A DNA stretch of 61,791 bases, filler included, from Basidiobolus ranarum (Eukaryota), in assembly GCA_040143965.1 (NCBI GenBank). It is 20 parts of 20 records of this genome, joined end to end, with 100 filler letters (N's around TTAATTAATTAA, not from the genome) between each part and the next. Parts side by side here need not be neighbours in the genome. Positions count along the whole stretch, not along the records: positions 49,564 to 52,546 come from JASJQH010009686.1; positions 52,647 to 55,628 come from JASJQH010009687.1; positions 55,729 to 58,710 come from JASJQH010009688.1; positions 58,811 to 61,791 come from JASJQH010009689.1; 16 more parts are not named here. The stretch is one strand, 5' to 3'. Below the pieces are notes generated by a model, which ran no database searches, was not told the DNA's origin, and saw only the letters and a list, made by a program, of their open reading frames with translations. The stretch's first letter is position 1. Each line of letters starts with the position of its first letter. Shown piece after piece: positions 50,720-61,791 of the stretch. The translations under genes and the position numbers were made by a program.

Positions 50720-51540
50720 TAGGTTTATTGGTTTATTCCCACTGAAGTTCCTCTGTCTTGGCTAGCATGTGTTCTGGCTTGATGCACTATGGTATGAGTT
50801 GGCTTGTCTGGTCTAGTTTGTGGTTTGTTTGTGTATGTAATCTCTTCTTCCAATGTGGAGCCTTCACTTAATGGGTCAACCAGCCTTTGCTGCTGGCATG
50901 CAGTTCTACGCATTGACCTGGAATGTCTTACTTGAGGTTTGTGCTGAGCAGTTAGTGAATCTTCAACCATGGTAGAAGCTTCATCACTTTTGATTGGCCA
51001 TGGCCTCAGTTGCAAGGCAGTACATGTTTGAGCAAGTTTTCTACCTTGAGGTTTGTATATGGCAGTCCTTGCCTCTTCAATTGTGGTAGATGCTTCATCT
51101 CTTTCAGCTGGCCATGGCTGCGGTTGTATGGCAGTATGTGATGGAGTGAGTTGTCTATCTTGAGGTTTGTGTTTGGCCATTCTTGCTTCTTTAGCCACAG
51201 TAGAAGCTTAATCTTTTTTGACTGACCATAGCCTCCATCTCATGGTGGAAAGCATTGGATTGTATCTTCTAACTTGCGGTTTTTGTTCAGCTGTTGTGGC
51301 TTCTTCAAGCTCAATAAGAGCTTCACTATCTCCCTTAAAAGCCCATTGTCATGATCTTGTGGTGGTACACATTGTAACGGATTGCTGTCTTTGTAGTTTG
51401 CTCTTGAGTGTCAGATCTTCATCCACCAAAGTGGAGGGTTCAAAAATACTGGCAGTTAGCCTGCACTGCTGTCATGCAATAGTACTTGTTAAACCAGTAT
51501 GTCTGTCTGGTGGCATGCTCCTTGGAGCTGACTCTTCTCC
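50720..51540 (-). repeat. Coding-type tandem array, ~114-bp unit (38 aa; KPQ.R...QPWP..SDEAST.VEE), about 6-7 degenerate copies
   Basis: TGAGGTTTG-like anchor at 50819, 50933, 51047, 51161 and 51275. Confidence 0.75.
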
Positions 51541-51879
51541 AGATGTAAAAAGCTAATTAGTTTGTTTTTTGAATCAGGAAAATTGTGCACAATGTGGTGT
51601 GAGAATCCAGCCTGTCCCCTCTCTTGTTCTTAATTGCCTGCTTACTCTTCATCAAAAATTGGAGAAATATCACTGATTCTTCCAAGCTGGCAGTGCTGTT
51701 GGTGTGTACTACTAGCTGATGAACTAACCTGTTGGGCCCTTGCTCTTGATAGAGATGTTACCTCAATTGTAGGGTTAGTGGTGTAGATTCTTTTTGTGAA
51801 GTCAATATCTAGTCAGGAGTCTCTTGGATTTGGAGTGATCTAGTACATCAGTGCAACAGTCTGGACTGTTCTAATTTGC

Positions 51880-52546
51880 CTTTGGGAATTTTTTCTGATT
51901 CAATTACTTTAGAGAAGCTTCCATACCAGGCTTCAAGCAACTGAGAATTATCCAGGTTTAGTGATGAATGATATTGAACATGCCTGGGACAAAAGATTCA
52001 GAGACTCTAATTTCCTTCCATTTCCTGGAGTTGTTCCCAATGAAGTTCTCAACAGAATTATTCTTGACACAGTTCCTGTGAGAATTAGCAGGCCCAAAAG
52101 CAACCAAAAGTTATTCTATTCTGGCAAGCACAAAGCTCACTGTGTAAAGTTCCAGGCTTTGAGGGATTTGGAAGGAAACATCATTTGGTTTAGTGGCCAC
52201 ATCTAGGGAGACATCAAGACAAAAGGCTTTGGGTTAGGTGGCATGCACCATTTCTAAAATATGAGAAGACTATGGCTAATTTGGCATATTTTTGGGAAGA
52301 ATGCAGAAGGCTACAATGTGTCACAGCCAATGAGAGGCCCAGAGGAGAGATACTCAAACAGAGGCAAAAGCTTTATAGTGACATTTTTACCCATTTTAGA
52401 GCAAGAGTAGAACATAGCTTTGGTTTCCTAATGAGATAGCATTGTAGCAGGAAAGTATAGAGGAAAATCATTTTGTGGGCCTCAATCAAAGTTAGGCAAA
52501 GTAGTCAAAATCTTGATTTATTCTCAATACATGCATACTCAAAGAT
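51880..52546 (+). mobile_element. PIF/Harbinger (DDE_Tnp_4) transposase relic
   Basis: IILDTVPVRISRP...FYSGKHKAHCVKFQ..DLEGNI, MANLAY and FRARVEHSFGFL; disrupted. Confidence 0.8.
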
Positions 52547-52654
52547 NNNNNNNNNNNNNNNNNNNNNNNNNNNNNNNNNNNNNNNNNNNNTTAATTAATT
52601 AANNNNNNNNNNNNNNNNNNNNNNNNNNNNNNNNNNNNNNNNNNNNTAGATAGA

Positions 52655-52960
52655 TAGATAGATAAGTGAGTCATGCATCAGCTGAAGTCTTGGCAGTGAA
52701 AGATCATTGGTTATGAATCTTGTGACTCATATTGACTTGTGTCTAGGCAGATGACTCAGAGGTTAATACTGATTGGATAATGATCATGTGATATGTCATA
52801 TGATCTGATAGAAGGGATAAGCAAATATATAGTTAGTCAGGTGATAGGTCACATGATAAAGTCACTGGATAAGGTCAGATGACTAGTTAGCAAGAATGAT
52901 AAACTAAACAGATATTCATGCAAGTTATATAGATATGGCGTAAGTTAAACAACTTTGTAT
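52655..52960. repeat. Dispersed repeat shared (inverted) with 61090-61412, next to a (TAGA)n tract
   Basis: GATAAGTGAGTCATGCATCAGCTGAAGTC...GGATAAGGTCAG is the reverse complement of 61180-61410. Confidence 0.8.
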
Positions 52961-55900
52961 GTTGGTGCACAACAATGAGTGATGTGGATTATTAATTATA
53001 TGATAGGAAATAATATGATCTGATTGAATGGTATGTTAGAATCAGAGTTAAGTCAATCAGACAAATGAGTTGATTAAGGGTGATATCCATAGTTTAGGCA
53101 ATGTTAAACAGGGAGCTCATATCAGCCCAATATATCAAAATGTAGGGGCTGGATGACACCTACTTGCTTAGTATAATATACTATTATTCCTGTAAAAATA
53201 ATGTTATCTGGCTATAAATGCGCCATATAGCGTTGCAGAAAACTATCTTTTGTGACAACGGAAAGTAAAGCTACACAAATGAACATATTAATTAAGAAAA
53301 AGCTATAGGAAAAATAGTTCAGCATAATTCAAAGCTTGGGAAAGTATTACTCCTTTCCAATAGGCAGCTTTGATAGAGTGAGTAGAAAGTTGGCTTTTGT
53401 TCCCCAGAAAAATCCTTACAACATACAACAAATATTAAGATAAAACCACCAGTGGTGCATACAAATTACCCTTTGTTTGATCATTTGTTATTGGACTTGT
53501 TCCATTGTGCCAGCAATTATCTGACCTGAGCTCAATATATAAGGTTAGATATGCATTTTATTTAGTTCTAATAGAGCGCTTATTGATGGCGGATTGTTTG
53601 ACGCTGAATTCATGAGCAAGAAAAATAAAAGAAATAACTTTTTGTAGTAGTGGGTGTTTTGATGATGTAAAGTATCTATATGGTGTTTGATGCTGACTAC
53701 ATGAAACAATCAACAAAGCGATGATGGATGCTGTATTGCCCGCAATTGTACGCTTATGTTTTATTGTCATTGGATCCGTGTACACCAATTATGATCCAAG
53801 CAATCCGAAGCAATCTCATATTCATTGATTTCCAAGAGAAATGGGACTGGCCAGGTCTGGGATGAGATGAGATTAAACTCTATCGAGTGCATGGTAGCAT
53901 AGGACAAGCAGCTTGTGTTAGTTCAGTTAGTACAAATGACTATCTCTGGCAAAACACCTCTAGCAATGCTCGCAAAGAAACTGAGGCTTTTAGAGAGAAT
54001 TTCATTACTAGAGACGCCATATATTTAGGCGTCTCGTCCAATTTCTTTTCAACTGACAGAATATTGACTCATTAAATAAATGAAAACTTATAGTAGCTGG
54101 GAATTTATTACATAATCAGGGTCACAAGTAAAGGTCAGCAGAGCATATGGAGTTCTGCTTGGTTTCCATTTCTGAGGAAGCACTATTAAATCACGCGCCA
54201 AAGGTTCTAATGATTAGGTAAACTGGTTTTGGAATATTAGGTCAATATCTGATAGATATCTAGGTATAATCTGGTTCGCTATCTCGTGAGACAGTCACTG
54301 GAAATTTATTCTCATCTTTCTCTCCATTGAATAGAAAATCACTTTTTATTCAACCGAAGATTTAGCCGAGATATTTCTCATGGATGGATTCATGGTAGAA
54401 CAGAATCTATGTGTCACCGAATGGCTTCCATACTGATTCAATTCCTAACACTACTTGAGCACTATGTTACTTGGCCATTCTAGTAGAGACATTCCGAGTA
54501 CAGATTCAATATGTTACTGAAACACGGATTCAGCCACAAGTATTCAGCCAATTCACATTGGATGTACATTCGCATGCCACTCGATTGCAGTGGCTGATTA
54601 GAGATAGTATTTCAAAATGGGATTTGTTTGTGTACCGGATCATCTATTCAGGAGTCCAGGGGTCTGGGGAAGTATTCCTGTTGTATGTTCACATTTCATA
54701 ACAAAATTCATTCAATTTGTCCGAGACATTTCGGCTTATTCTCAGACACATCACTTTAAACCTGAATAGAAAGTTGTATAGCAGTTGCTTGAATAGAGGG
54801 TGCGTAGATTCACTGATAGTGCGAGCTTGATGGCCATGAGAGTGTTAGATGAAACTAGATCAATAATATCTGGTGACTTAATCTCATGTAGCTGTGACTT
54901 AATCTCACATTACTCAACCATCACTAACACACAACTTGTGTCAGTATTTATCTTGCCATTCATATCAGCCATGGTACTGATTTTAATATTAATTGTATTA
55001 AACGAGTAATTCGCGATACCGTACTACATAGATGCTAGGCCCACCGAACATCTATAATAGCGTAAAGAGAGCGCATGTGAGCCAGATATTGGAATCCATA
55101 GAAATGAGTTCTATAACGAAATAATCCATCCTATCCATCAAGTAGTTAGTGTATAATCTATAACGCTAAGAAATGGCCAAACACGTAGGAATCGGGGAGA
55201 GTAAGGAGCCAAAAAGGCTTAGGCTAGGAGGACAAATTCACATATAGTTTAGTGTTAAGAAGGCTAATTCACATAGAGTTTAAACCTTATTTCAAAGGTT
55301 TCATTAAACCTGACGGACGATCACTATTCAAAACTCATACTTGATATGGACAAGAAAAACGAGATCACCAAGTAGATGAGGTAGTACACCTATGTTTCTC
55401 AGGGTCGGGTGAGGCTTGACCTATTACCCATTGTATATGTGCAAAGAAGCTTATGGACCTATAAATAAGGTGCTGCCAGATCATTCTATTCTCAAGTTAC
55501 ATTCGTTTGACATTGAAGTTGCAAATGTCCCAAATCTTCGGTCCAGAAAGCGAGAAAAATGCTCACCCAATTACTGTAGCAACCAAGGATGATTCTGTGA
55601 ATCATGTTACTTCTTCGAATCGTGTTATNNNNNNNNNNNNNNNNNNNNNNNNNNNNNNNNNNNNNNNNNNNNTTAATTAATTAANNNNNNNNNNNNNNNN
55701 NNNNNNNNNNNNNNNNNNNNNNNNNNNNGTGTTTTTTCCTCACATTTTCTCATGGTAATCCTATCCCTATATTTGTATTTTCCCTGGTTTTCTTCTGGTG
55801 TTCATTCCCATATTTTTCATAAGGGTCAGTGTTGCCAAAACTTTGAGGCAAAGCACAGCCTGTGGCAAAGTAGGCAAAACTAAAGTCAATTTTGTACACT

Positions 55901-56599
55901 TATTATTATTGGTATACACCAGGCTTTGTACAGTGACCATGCTTGTGATTATTTTTTCCATGAAGCCTCCAGTTTTCATGGAACAAGAATATGTGAGAAT
56001 TATAGCAGGGCTTCTTTGAATGTTTATGCTGTGGCATGAAAAGGATACTGTTAACAAAAGAACTTCTCCTACATAAAGGTGGTACTTTGGGTATATCCTA
56101 TCAATATCAGCAGCTGGTTCTGTGCTGGTGTCACAGATAAGTCATCAGGGGATTCACACAATATTTCCAGTAATGGATGGCAATTTTGGTTCATTAGAAA
56201 CTGTTTCTAAGCAATTTCATTACACCGAGTTTACCATCTGAAAATGTCAAAGCCATTCAAAAAGCATTCAAAATCTAAATCAAAACTGGCTTCCAAGTAA
56301 AAGCCTGCTGACATGAAAGGAAAGAACCAGCAACAACAGAGGATTTGGTTAATGAGCAGTCTAGCAATTGACAATCAACTCTGGGAGACATTAAAAAGCA
56401 AGAAACTAATGGAAGTAATGATCCAGCATTAATCAATTTACCAGATTTGTTCCTTTCCAGTAATAGTGCAAGTGAAAAAATTGTAATCCCCAAATTGTGG
56501 AGTAAATCAACAGTTGAGCAAAGTTCAGCAGAAATACTGTCAAGACCATCAACTTCCAAAATTGCTACTTTGCCAAACTATTGAACAATCCTCTGTAGA

Positions 56600-57010
56600 A
56601 AATTTGGAAGGAATTATTACAACAAGGCAAATTGCAGGCAAAACACCATAATGATTTATATGCAATCATAAGAAAAAAATGCAAAGTTGCTCTACAGGCC
56701 GTGACAAGCAATAATGACACACTATTGCTACTAATGCAGCATTCTGAAGCAACTAGTCAACAGTTAGAGAGTAACTCAACAATGATACAAGACCTTCAGA
56801 ATGTTGTATTTGAGCTATGGCAACATGCTGCTCCCTCCATCCATTCTTGTATGGGGTTTCAATCAATCCCACAGCATATATATTGACATAACCATGCCAA
56901 TTAAGCAGAGCAGAAGATGTGTCAGACCATTAAGCCTATACAACTACCAAAAATTGCTTGGGCATATGAAAGCTGAAAACTCATAGGAAAACCAGCAAAC
57001 TAAACGCTAA
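56600..57010 (+). mobile_element. Degraded second copy of the unclassified element ORF (19464-19710)
   Basis: NSTMIQDLQNVVFELWQHAAPSIHSCM aligns with STMIQDLQNAVLELQQHAAPCVHSHM. Confidence 0.65.
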
Positions 57011-57891
57011 CAAAAATAAAACCAATTTGATCCGGATTGGATTTACCCTCCAAAATAGCAAAACCATCAGAGAGCTGTCACAATATTGGTGGCTTGCATT
57101 CTGCGAGGGATTTTGATGGTGTAATGGCATTGTCTTCATGGTATTTAGATAGTATTCATACATATAAAAATTTGATTCTCAAATTTGGCATGCATTATTC
57201 AATATCAAGCAATTCTTGCAAAAACATAATTTTTGAATGGCAAATTACTGGGTTCACTGCTGTAGGAACTCAAATTAATATGCATGCCTTTATTTAGCTA
57301 TTTTAGGCTTTGCATTCCAGCCATATTGAGAATCAAAAAATACCAGAATCTTGTTGTATTTAGTCTCTACATATGCACATACTTGACTGATTAGACATAA
57401 CTCAACAACATCAATATGCTTTACCAGCAAACTAATGGTGGAAAAATTGCTAAACATCCAAAATTTTGAATAGCACTGACACTAAGCAAATAGCTGACTC
57501 TTGTTACCAATCACAATAAGAATAAGCTCTTGGGTTTTGGCAACTTTCCATAAAGAATTCAGCCAATATATCCCCAACTTGCAGTCAACAAATGTCCTGC
57601 CACAAGTAGATGTGTCATTGCTGGAATAGATTACCCCATGGCTAAAATAATAATACTGCGTATCTTGAACTATCTCACCAAGAAGTCTGTCTTGCAGCTT
57701 TCCTAAAAGTCAGTCAGATAATCACACAAGCCAATTGGTCCATCTATAGAGGTACTTACTCTGTGTCCATGGATTGGGCTTTGTTGCGGTTGTTGTGCTC
57801 ATGCAATGCAAAAACCTATGAGCACTTTGAAAAGAGCCCTTTATTTGGAAGGTAAATACACTTTGGAGTCTCCAACTTGCAGTCAGCAAAT

Positions 57892-58243
57892 TGTTGAAAT
57901 TAGGTAATTAGCAACTCATTATTTAGTAGTTAGTTTATTCATATTCTGATTATTTAGCACTCAATTCTGTCATTCAAAAACATGTGCTTATTGCTCTAAT
58001 TGATAGAAATATCAATCGGATCACTTTTACCAATTTTCACTATTTTCTAAAAACTTCTCCAAATCACCTCAAATATTCACTCATGCCTAACAGGCATGTT
58101 TGTTATGATGTAAGCATGTCCAATAGTCCTATTTCATAGTAAACTATAAATAGGACATATTCAATTCCCTAAAACTTAAGTGTCTAATTCACAAATCCAA
58201 ATCTTGTCCAAAACACTTCAAAATCTCCTAAACACTTTTATGA
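57892..58243 (+). repeat. 5' LTR of Copia family A, followed by PBS GGTTATGCACCCC (58244-58256)
   Basis: Starts TGTTGAAA; matches 16845-17197 in reverse; PBS and gag follow. Confidence 0.8.
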
Positions 58244-58274
58244 GGTTATGCACCCCAAGCTAGCAGTTAAAGGA

Positions 58275-58710
58275 ATGTCTAACAGTACTATTCCTAACAT
58301 TTTTGTATCCACAGAGAAGTTTAATGGTGAAGACTTTCATCTTTGGAGGTTCAAGATGTAGATGGGCTAGAAGACATGGACCTTTGGGGATTTGTTACAG
58401 GAGAAGAAATAGAGCCAAATCGACCACCAGAAGCTATCCTTGCCTTTCACAAGAAGCAGAGGAAAGAACTCTCTACAGTATGTCTACATCCCAGAGATTC
58501 TCAACTAAGGCACAATTCATCAGCCAAAAACATCCAGAATGCTTGGGAAGCACTTGAGGGACTATATGAGACTAAAAGTGTGACTAATAGGCTATATCTT
58601 TGGCAAATATTATTCCCAATTAGGATGAATCCTGATGATTCTATGTTTAATCATATAAATTGGATAAAAACTAAGGCAGATCAGCACTCATCCATTGCAG
58701 CCCCTCTAAA
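58275..58710 (+). mobile_element. Copia family A gag relic
   Basis: EKFNGEDFHLWRFKM*, DLWGFVTGEEIEP and AWEALEGLYETKSVTNRLYL; stops and a frameshift. Confidence 0.8.
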
Positions 58711-58810
58711 NNNNNNNNNNNNNNNNNNNNNNNNNNNNNNNNNNNNNNNNNNNNTTAATTAATTAANNNNNNNNNNNNNNNNNNNNNNNNNNNNNNNNNN
58801 NNNNNNNNNN

Positions 58811-58920
58811 GTTGAGGCTTATGGAGAAAATTTGCGAAAACTTGTTAATATGATTAAATCACCCAAATCGCCCTATCATAGTCCTGAAACTCGCGTACTG
58901 TTAGTTACACCACCACCATT
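58811..58920 (+). pseudogene. Fragment of an SGNH/GDSL esterase (Iah1-like)
   Basis: VEAYGENLRKLVNMIKSPKSPYHSPETRVLLVTPPP resembles the Y..NL...ILITPPP block of Iah1. Confidence 0.6.
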
Positions 58921-59640
58921 GGTAGAAACTCTGGTAGTAGGAGCAGACTCTGGTAAATTCCTGCTTTGTTGGCACATTGAGATGATCTATACTTAAGTAA
59001 CACATCTGAGTCAATCATAATTCCGGTGGTAGTTCTATTTATAACTCCAATGAGATAAAGATGTCTTCCTGAATTCCAATTCACAATGTAAAGATATAAA
59101 GCCATCTTTTGCAAAGTGACCTCAGCTTCTTCTTGCTGATTGTTGTCTGACACTTCCAAAGTCTTAACAATATTGAAGTTCTTCCTATTCTCCTTTGGCT
59201 TTCTGTCTAGACAATCTTAAGGAAAAAGTCCCTTCTTGTGGCATGTGAGCACAATATTTCTGGCATGCATTTTTTAGTAGCAAGCTCTGTGTTGATGGAA
59301 TCAATCTCCATGGCAGTTCCTTCCTTTGGTCTCCTGGGTATATTGGGTGTTTTCTGTTGTCCATAACCTATGACCTTCCTTGACCATTCAATATACTCTG
59401 GAGTCTCTTTAACCGATTGCATTACATCCATCACCAATTTTGCTGATACATTATTAATCAGATCAGCATATGATAATACTGAAATTTCACACAGAGCATC
59501 ATTTCACCACAGGTGAGCATCACTTCACCAAAGGTGTGCTCTATTGGGAACTCTCAGAATGTATAGCAAGGGCTTACAATTTGTAACCATTGTGAAGGAT
59601 GTAGCAGGGAATGTATTGAATACCAGCATCAATTCAGTCT
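58921..59640 (-). mobile_element. Ty3/Gypsy gag-protease relic, same family as 15535-16844
   Basis: 58921-59032 is a near-identical reverse complement of 15535-15645; AMEIDS gag motif and IMIDS protease-like motif. Confidence 0.7.
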
Positions 59641-59684
59641 ATCTTCTTTAAGCATGTCGAAAAGTTTAAATTGCATCGCTGAAA

Positions 59685-60080
59685 AGTTCTAAGTTAGATC
59701 ATAGTTTGATGTTGAAATAAACATTATGCAAATCAACTTTAAAAAACTTAAATTTAGATACTAATGTGGTCTGAAATTAGGTTCCAAGTTAGATCCTAAT
59801 TTGGTTCTAATTGAAGTTTGTTACAAAAGCAATTGTAAATTTAGATTCTAATTTGGTCTTGAAACATGTTCTAAGTTAAAACATAATTAGGTCTAACAAA
59901 ATATCTTTCAAACCTATTTAAAAATTTTTAAAACTGGTCTGTGCAAAATTCTAAGTTAGATTATAATATGGTTCCTAGTTAAGCTCCCAATAGGTTCTAA
60001 TTACAGTTTGTTACAAAATTATATATATGTTTATATTCTAATTATGTTTTTAATGAAGTCCCAATTTAAATTATAATTAA
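59685..60080. repeat. AT-rich array of short degenerate motifs (TTCTAAGTTAG / GGTTCTAAT), with a longer duplicated block
   Basis: TTCTAAGTTAGA recurs; GGTTCTAATT..AGTTTGTTACAAAA at about 59802 and 59993. Confidence 0.6.
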
Positions 60081-61791
60081 GTAATAAATTATAGCTTACA
60101 AAATTATTTTCAAAAAGTTTAAATCCAATATCAAGGCTTAACCCATTAACTACCATCCACACTCTTTTAAAAGAAACCTATCCCATGAATTATATAAAAA
60201 TTAACTATTAACAACATAATAAACCTTTAATATAACTTTTCATGGAACAAGGGCTTTCCCCACAAGTATCCTTTGTAGCCCTTTTTGCCAATGGAAAAGA
60301 TTCTATTATTCTATCAATAAACAACTGAATGAGTTGGATCCCAAGTCTCTTTTGCATCTTGTCTTTGTAACTTAATGTAAATCTTATTGCCAGCCTAGTT
60401 AGAGTACTACTAATATCATGCACATCCACTTGCATCTGGTTTGTATAAGTCATGCTATAAATTGTACCATTGTTTGATTGTATCAATCTTGTATAAATTA
60501 AAGACTTATCATTCAGTTCCACAATCTATACCTTGATGTTCTCCAAGCCTATCCCTGATATATCTGACACTTTACTCAAAATGCTCTCCAACAGTTTGTT
60601 AGACTCTTTGTCATAGGGATTGTTGCCCTTTAACACAAATATTGCCTTAGTGTAGTTTGTCTCATCCCTCTTCTCCCCTAGACCATATTTCTCCTGTATA
60701 CTTATACAAAAAATCAGTCCCTCCTAATTCCTTAATGTTGTAATCAACAAGTTTTTAGGATCAGACTGCCCATCATATATATACATCACAGATCTATGCC
60801 TATTTGGCCCACCTGTCATAGCCAGCTCTGACAAAAACACCTTAGAACTGTCAAACCATTCTGGTGTAGCCCAATTAATATAACATTTATAAGGAAGAAG
60901 ATTTGAGTTATTTAAAATTGTTGGTCAGCAAGCCTTTCCAATGGTATATTTGTTGAATGAGAAACCAACCTGAGCCAATGCAAATACTTGCTCATATGTG
61001 TTCTTAAAGAAACCTTAACTTTTCAGATTCTGGTAGTAATATTCATCAAGTGTATTGATAATACCATTAGCTCTATGGTGAGTATTGGGGTGTTGTGCAT
61101 TGACATATGAAGTTACTTAAACTTATGCCAAATCTATACACCTTGTTTGAATATCTGTTTAGTTTATAATTACCACTACTTAGTCACCTGACCTTATCCA
61201 GTGACTTTATCATGTGACCTATCACCTGACTAACTATCTATTTGCTTATTCCTTCCATCAGATCATATGACCAATCACATGATCATTATCCAATTAGTAT
61301 CAACCTCTGAGTCATCTGCCTAGACACAAGTCAATAAGAGTCACAAGGTTCATAACCAATGATCTTTCACTGCAAAGACTTCAGCTGATGCATGACTCAC
61401 TTATCTATCTATCAATATATCCAATCACATTTTCTTCTATCAAAATTCGTCATCTAATATCTTGGCACTGACTAATTCACTTTGCTATCAAAAAGTATAA
61501 ATAAAGCTACCTGAACCTTTTGATTTAGTGTATGTATCAATGAATATAGGATCTTAACACTTCTCAGTGTTTCTCAACAAATTCAATATTCTCCTCTCAT
61601 TTATATCCAATCCTGGTATCTACTAGCATCTACAGCACACCAAGCCTAACTGCCTAGTAAAGCTACTCTCTACTGTAACATAGCAACCCACTGCTATTCC
61701 CAAGACATATATTGGTTAGATCTGCTCTGCTTATATATCCTGCTTAAACAGTTCTAAGAATCTTCACTTAACTGTTTCTTTGGTTCAGTAA

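Noticed and set aside
50720-51540. Possible CRISPR-like array
   Set aside because: Whole units are degenerate and in frame, with no repeat-spacer structure, in a eukaryotic context
53580-54800. Possible decayed gene on the plus strand
   Set aside because: Stops in all frames and no recognisable family; needs BLASTX

Overview
This is not a contiguous locus. It is 20 short (~2.98-3.01 kb) contigs, sorted by decreasing length and joined by an artificial 100-nt spacer (44 N + TTAATTAATTAA + 44 N), so neighbours across spacers carry no synteny. The content is eukaryotic and fungal (GT-AG introns, Chs4-like protein, eIF3e, PP1, RPL29). The mix of an NRPS, a 7TM-RGS protein and CBM19-like secreted proteins suggests an early-diverging fungus such as Basidiobolus; this is inference only. 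The window holds: fragments of housekeeping genes; three families of secreted repeat or Cys-rich proteins, two of them in tandem arrays; an intronless NRPS A-T-E module; a cluster of 7 tRNA genes; a P450 pseudogene; and many CpG-poor transposon relics (Ty3/Gypsy, two Ty1/Copia families, solo LTRs, CACTA, PIF/Harbinger). The most unusual items are (1) a Copia family whose LTR is itself a ~500-bp fold-back with ~155-bp inverted arms that appear to co-evolve within each copy, (2) an expanded family of secreted CBM19-like proteins with extremely acidic tails, one split by Kex2-type KR sites, and (3) a PP1 paralog with SAPNY changed to YAPNY.
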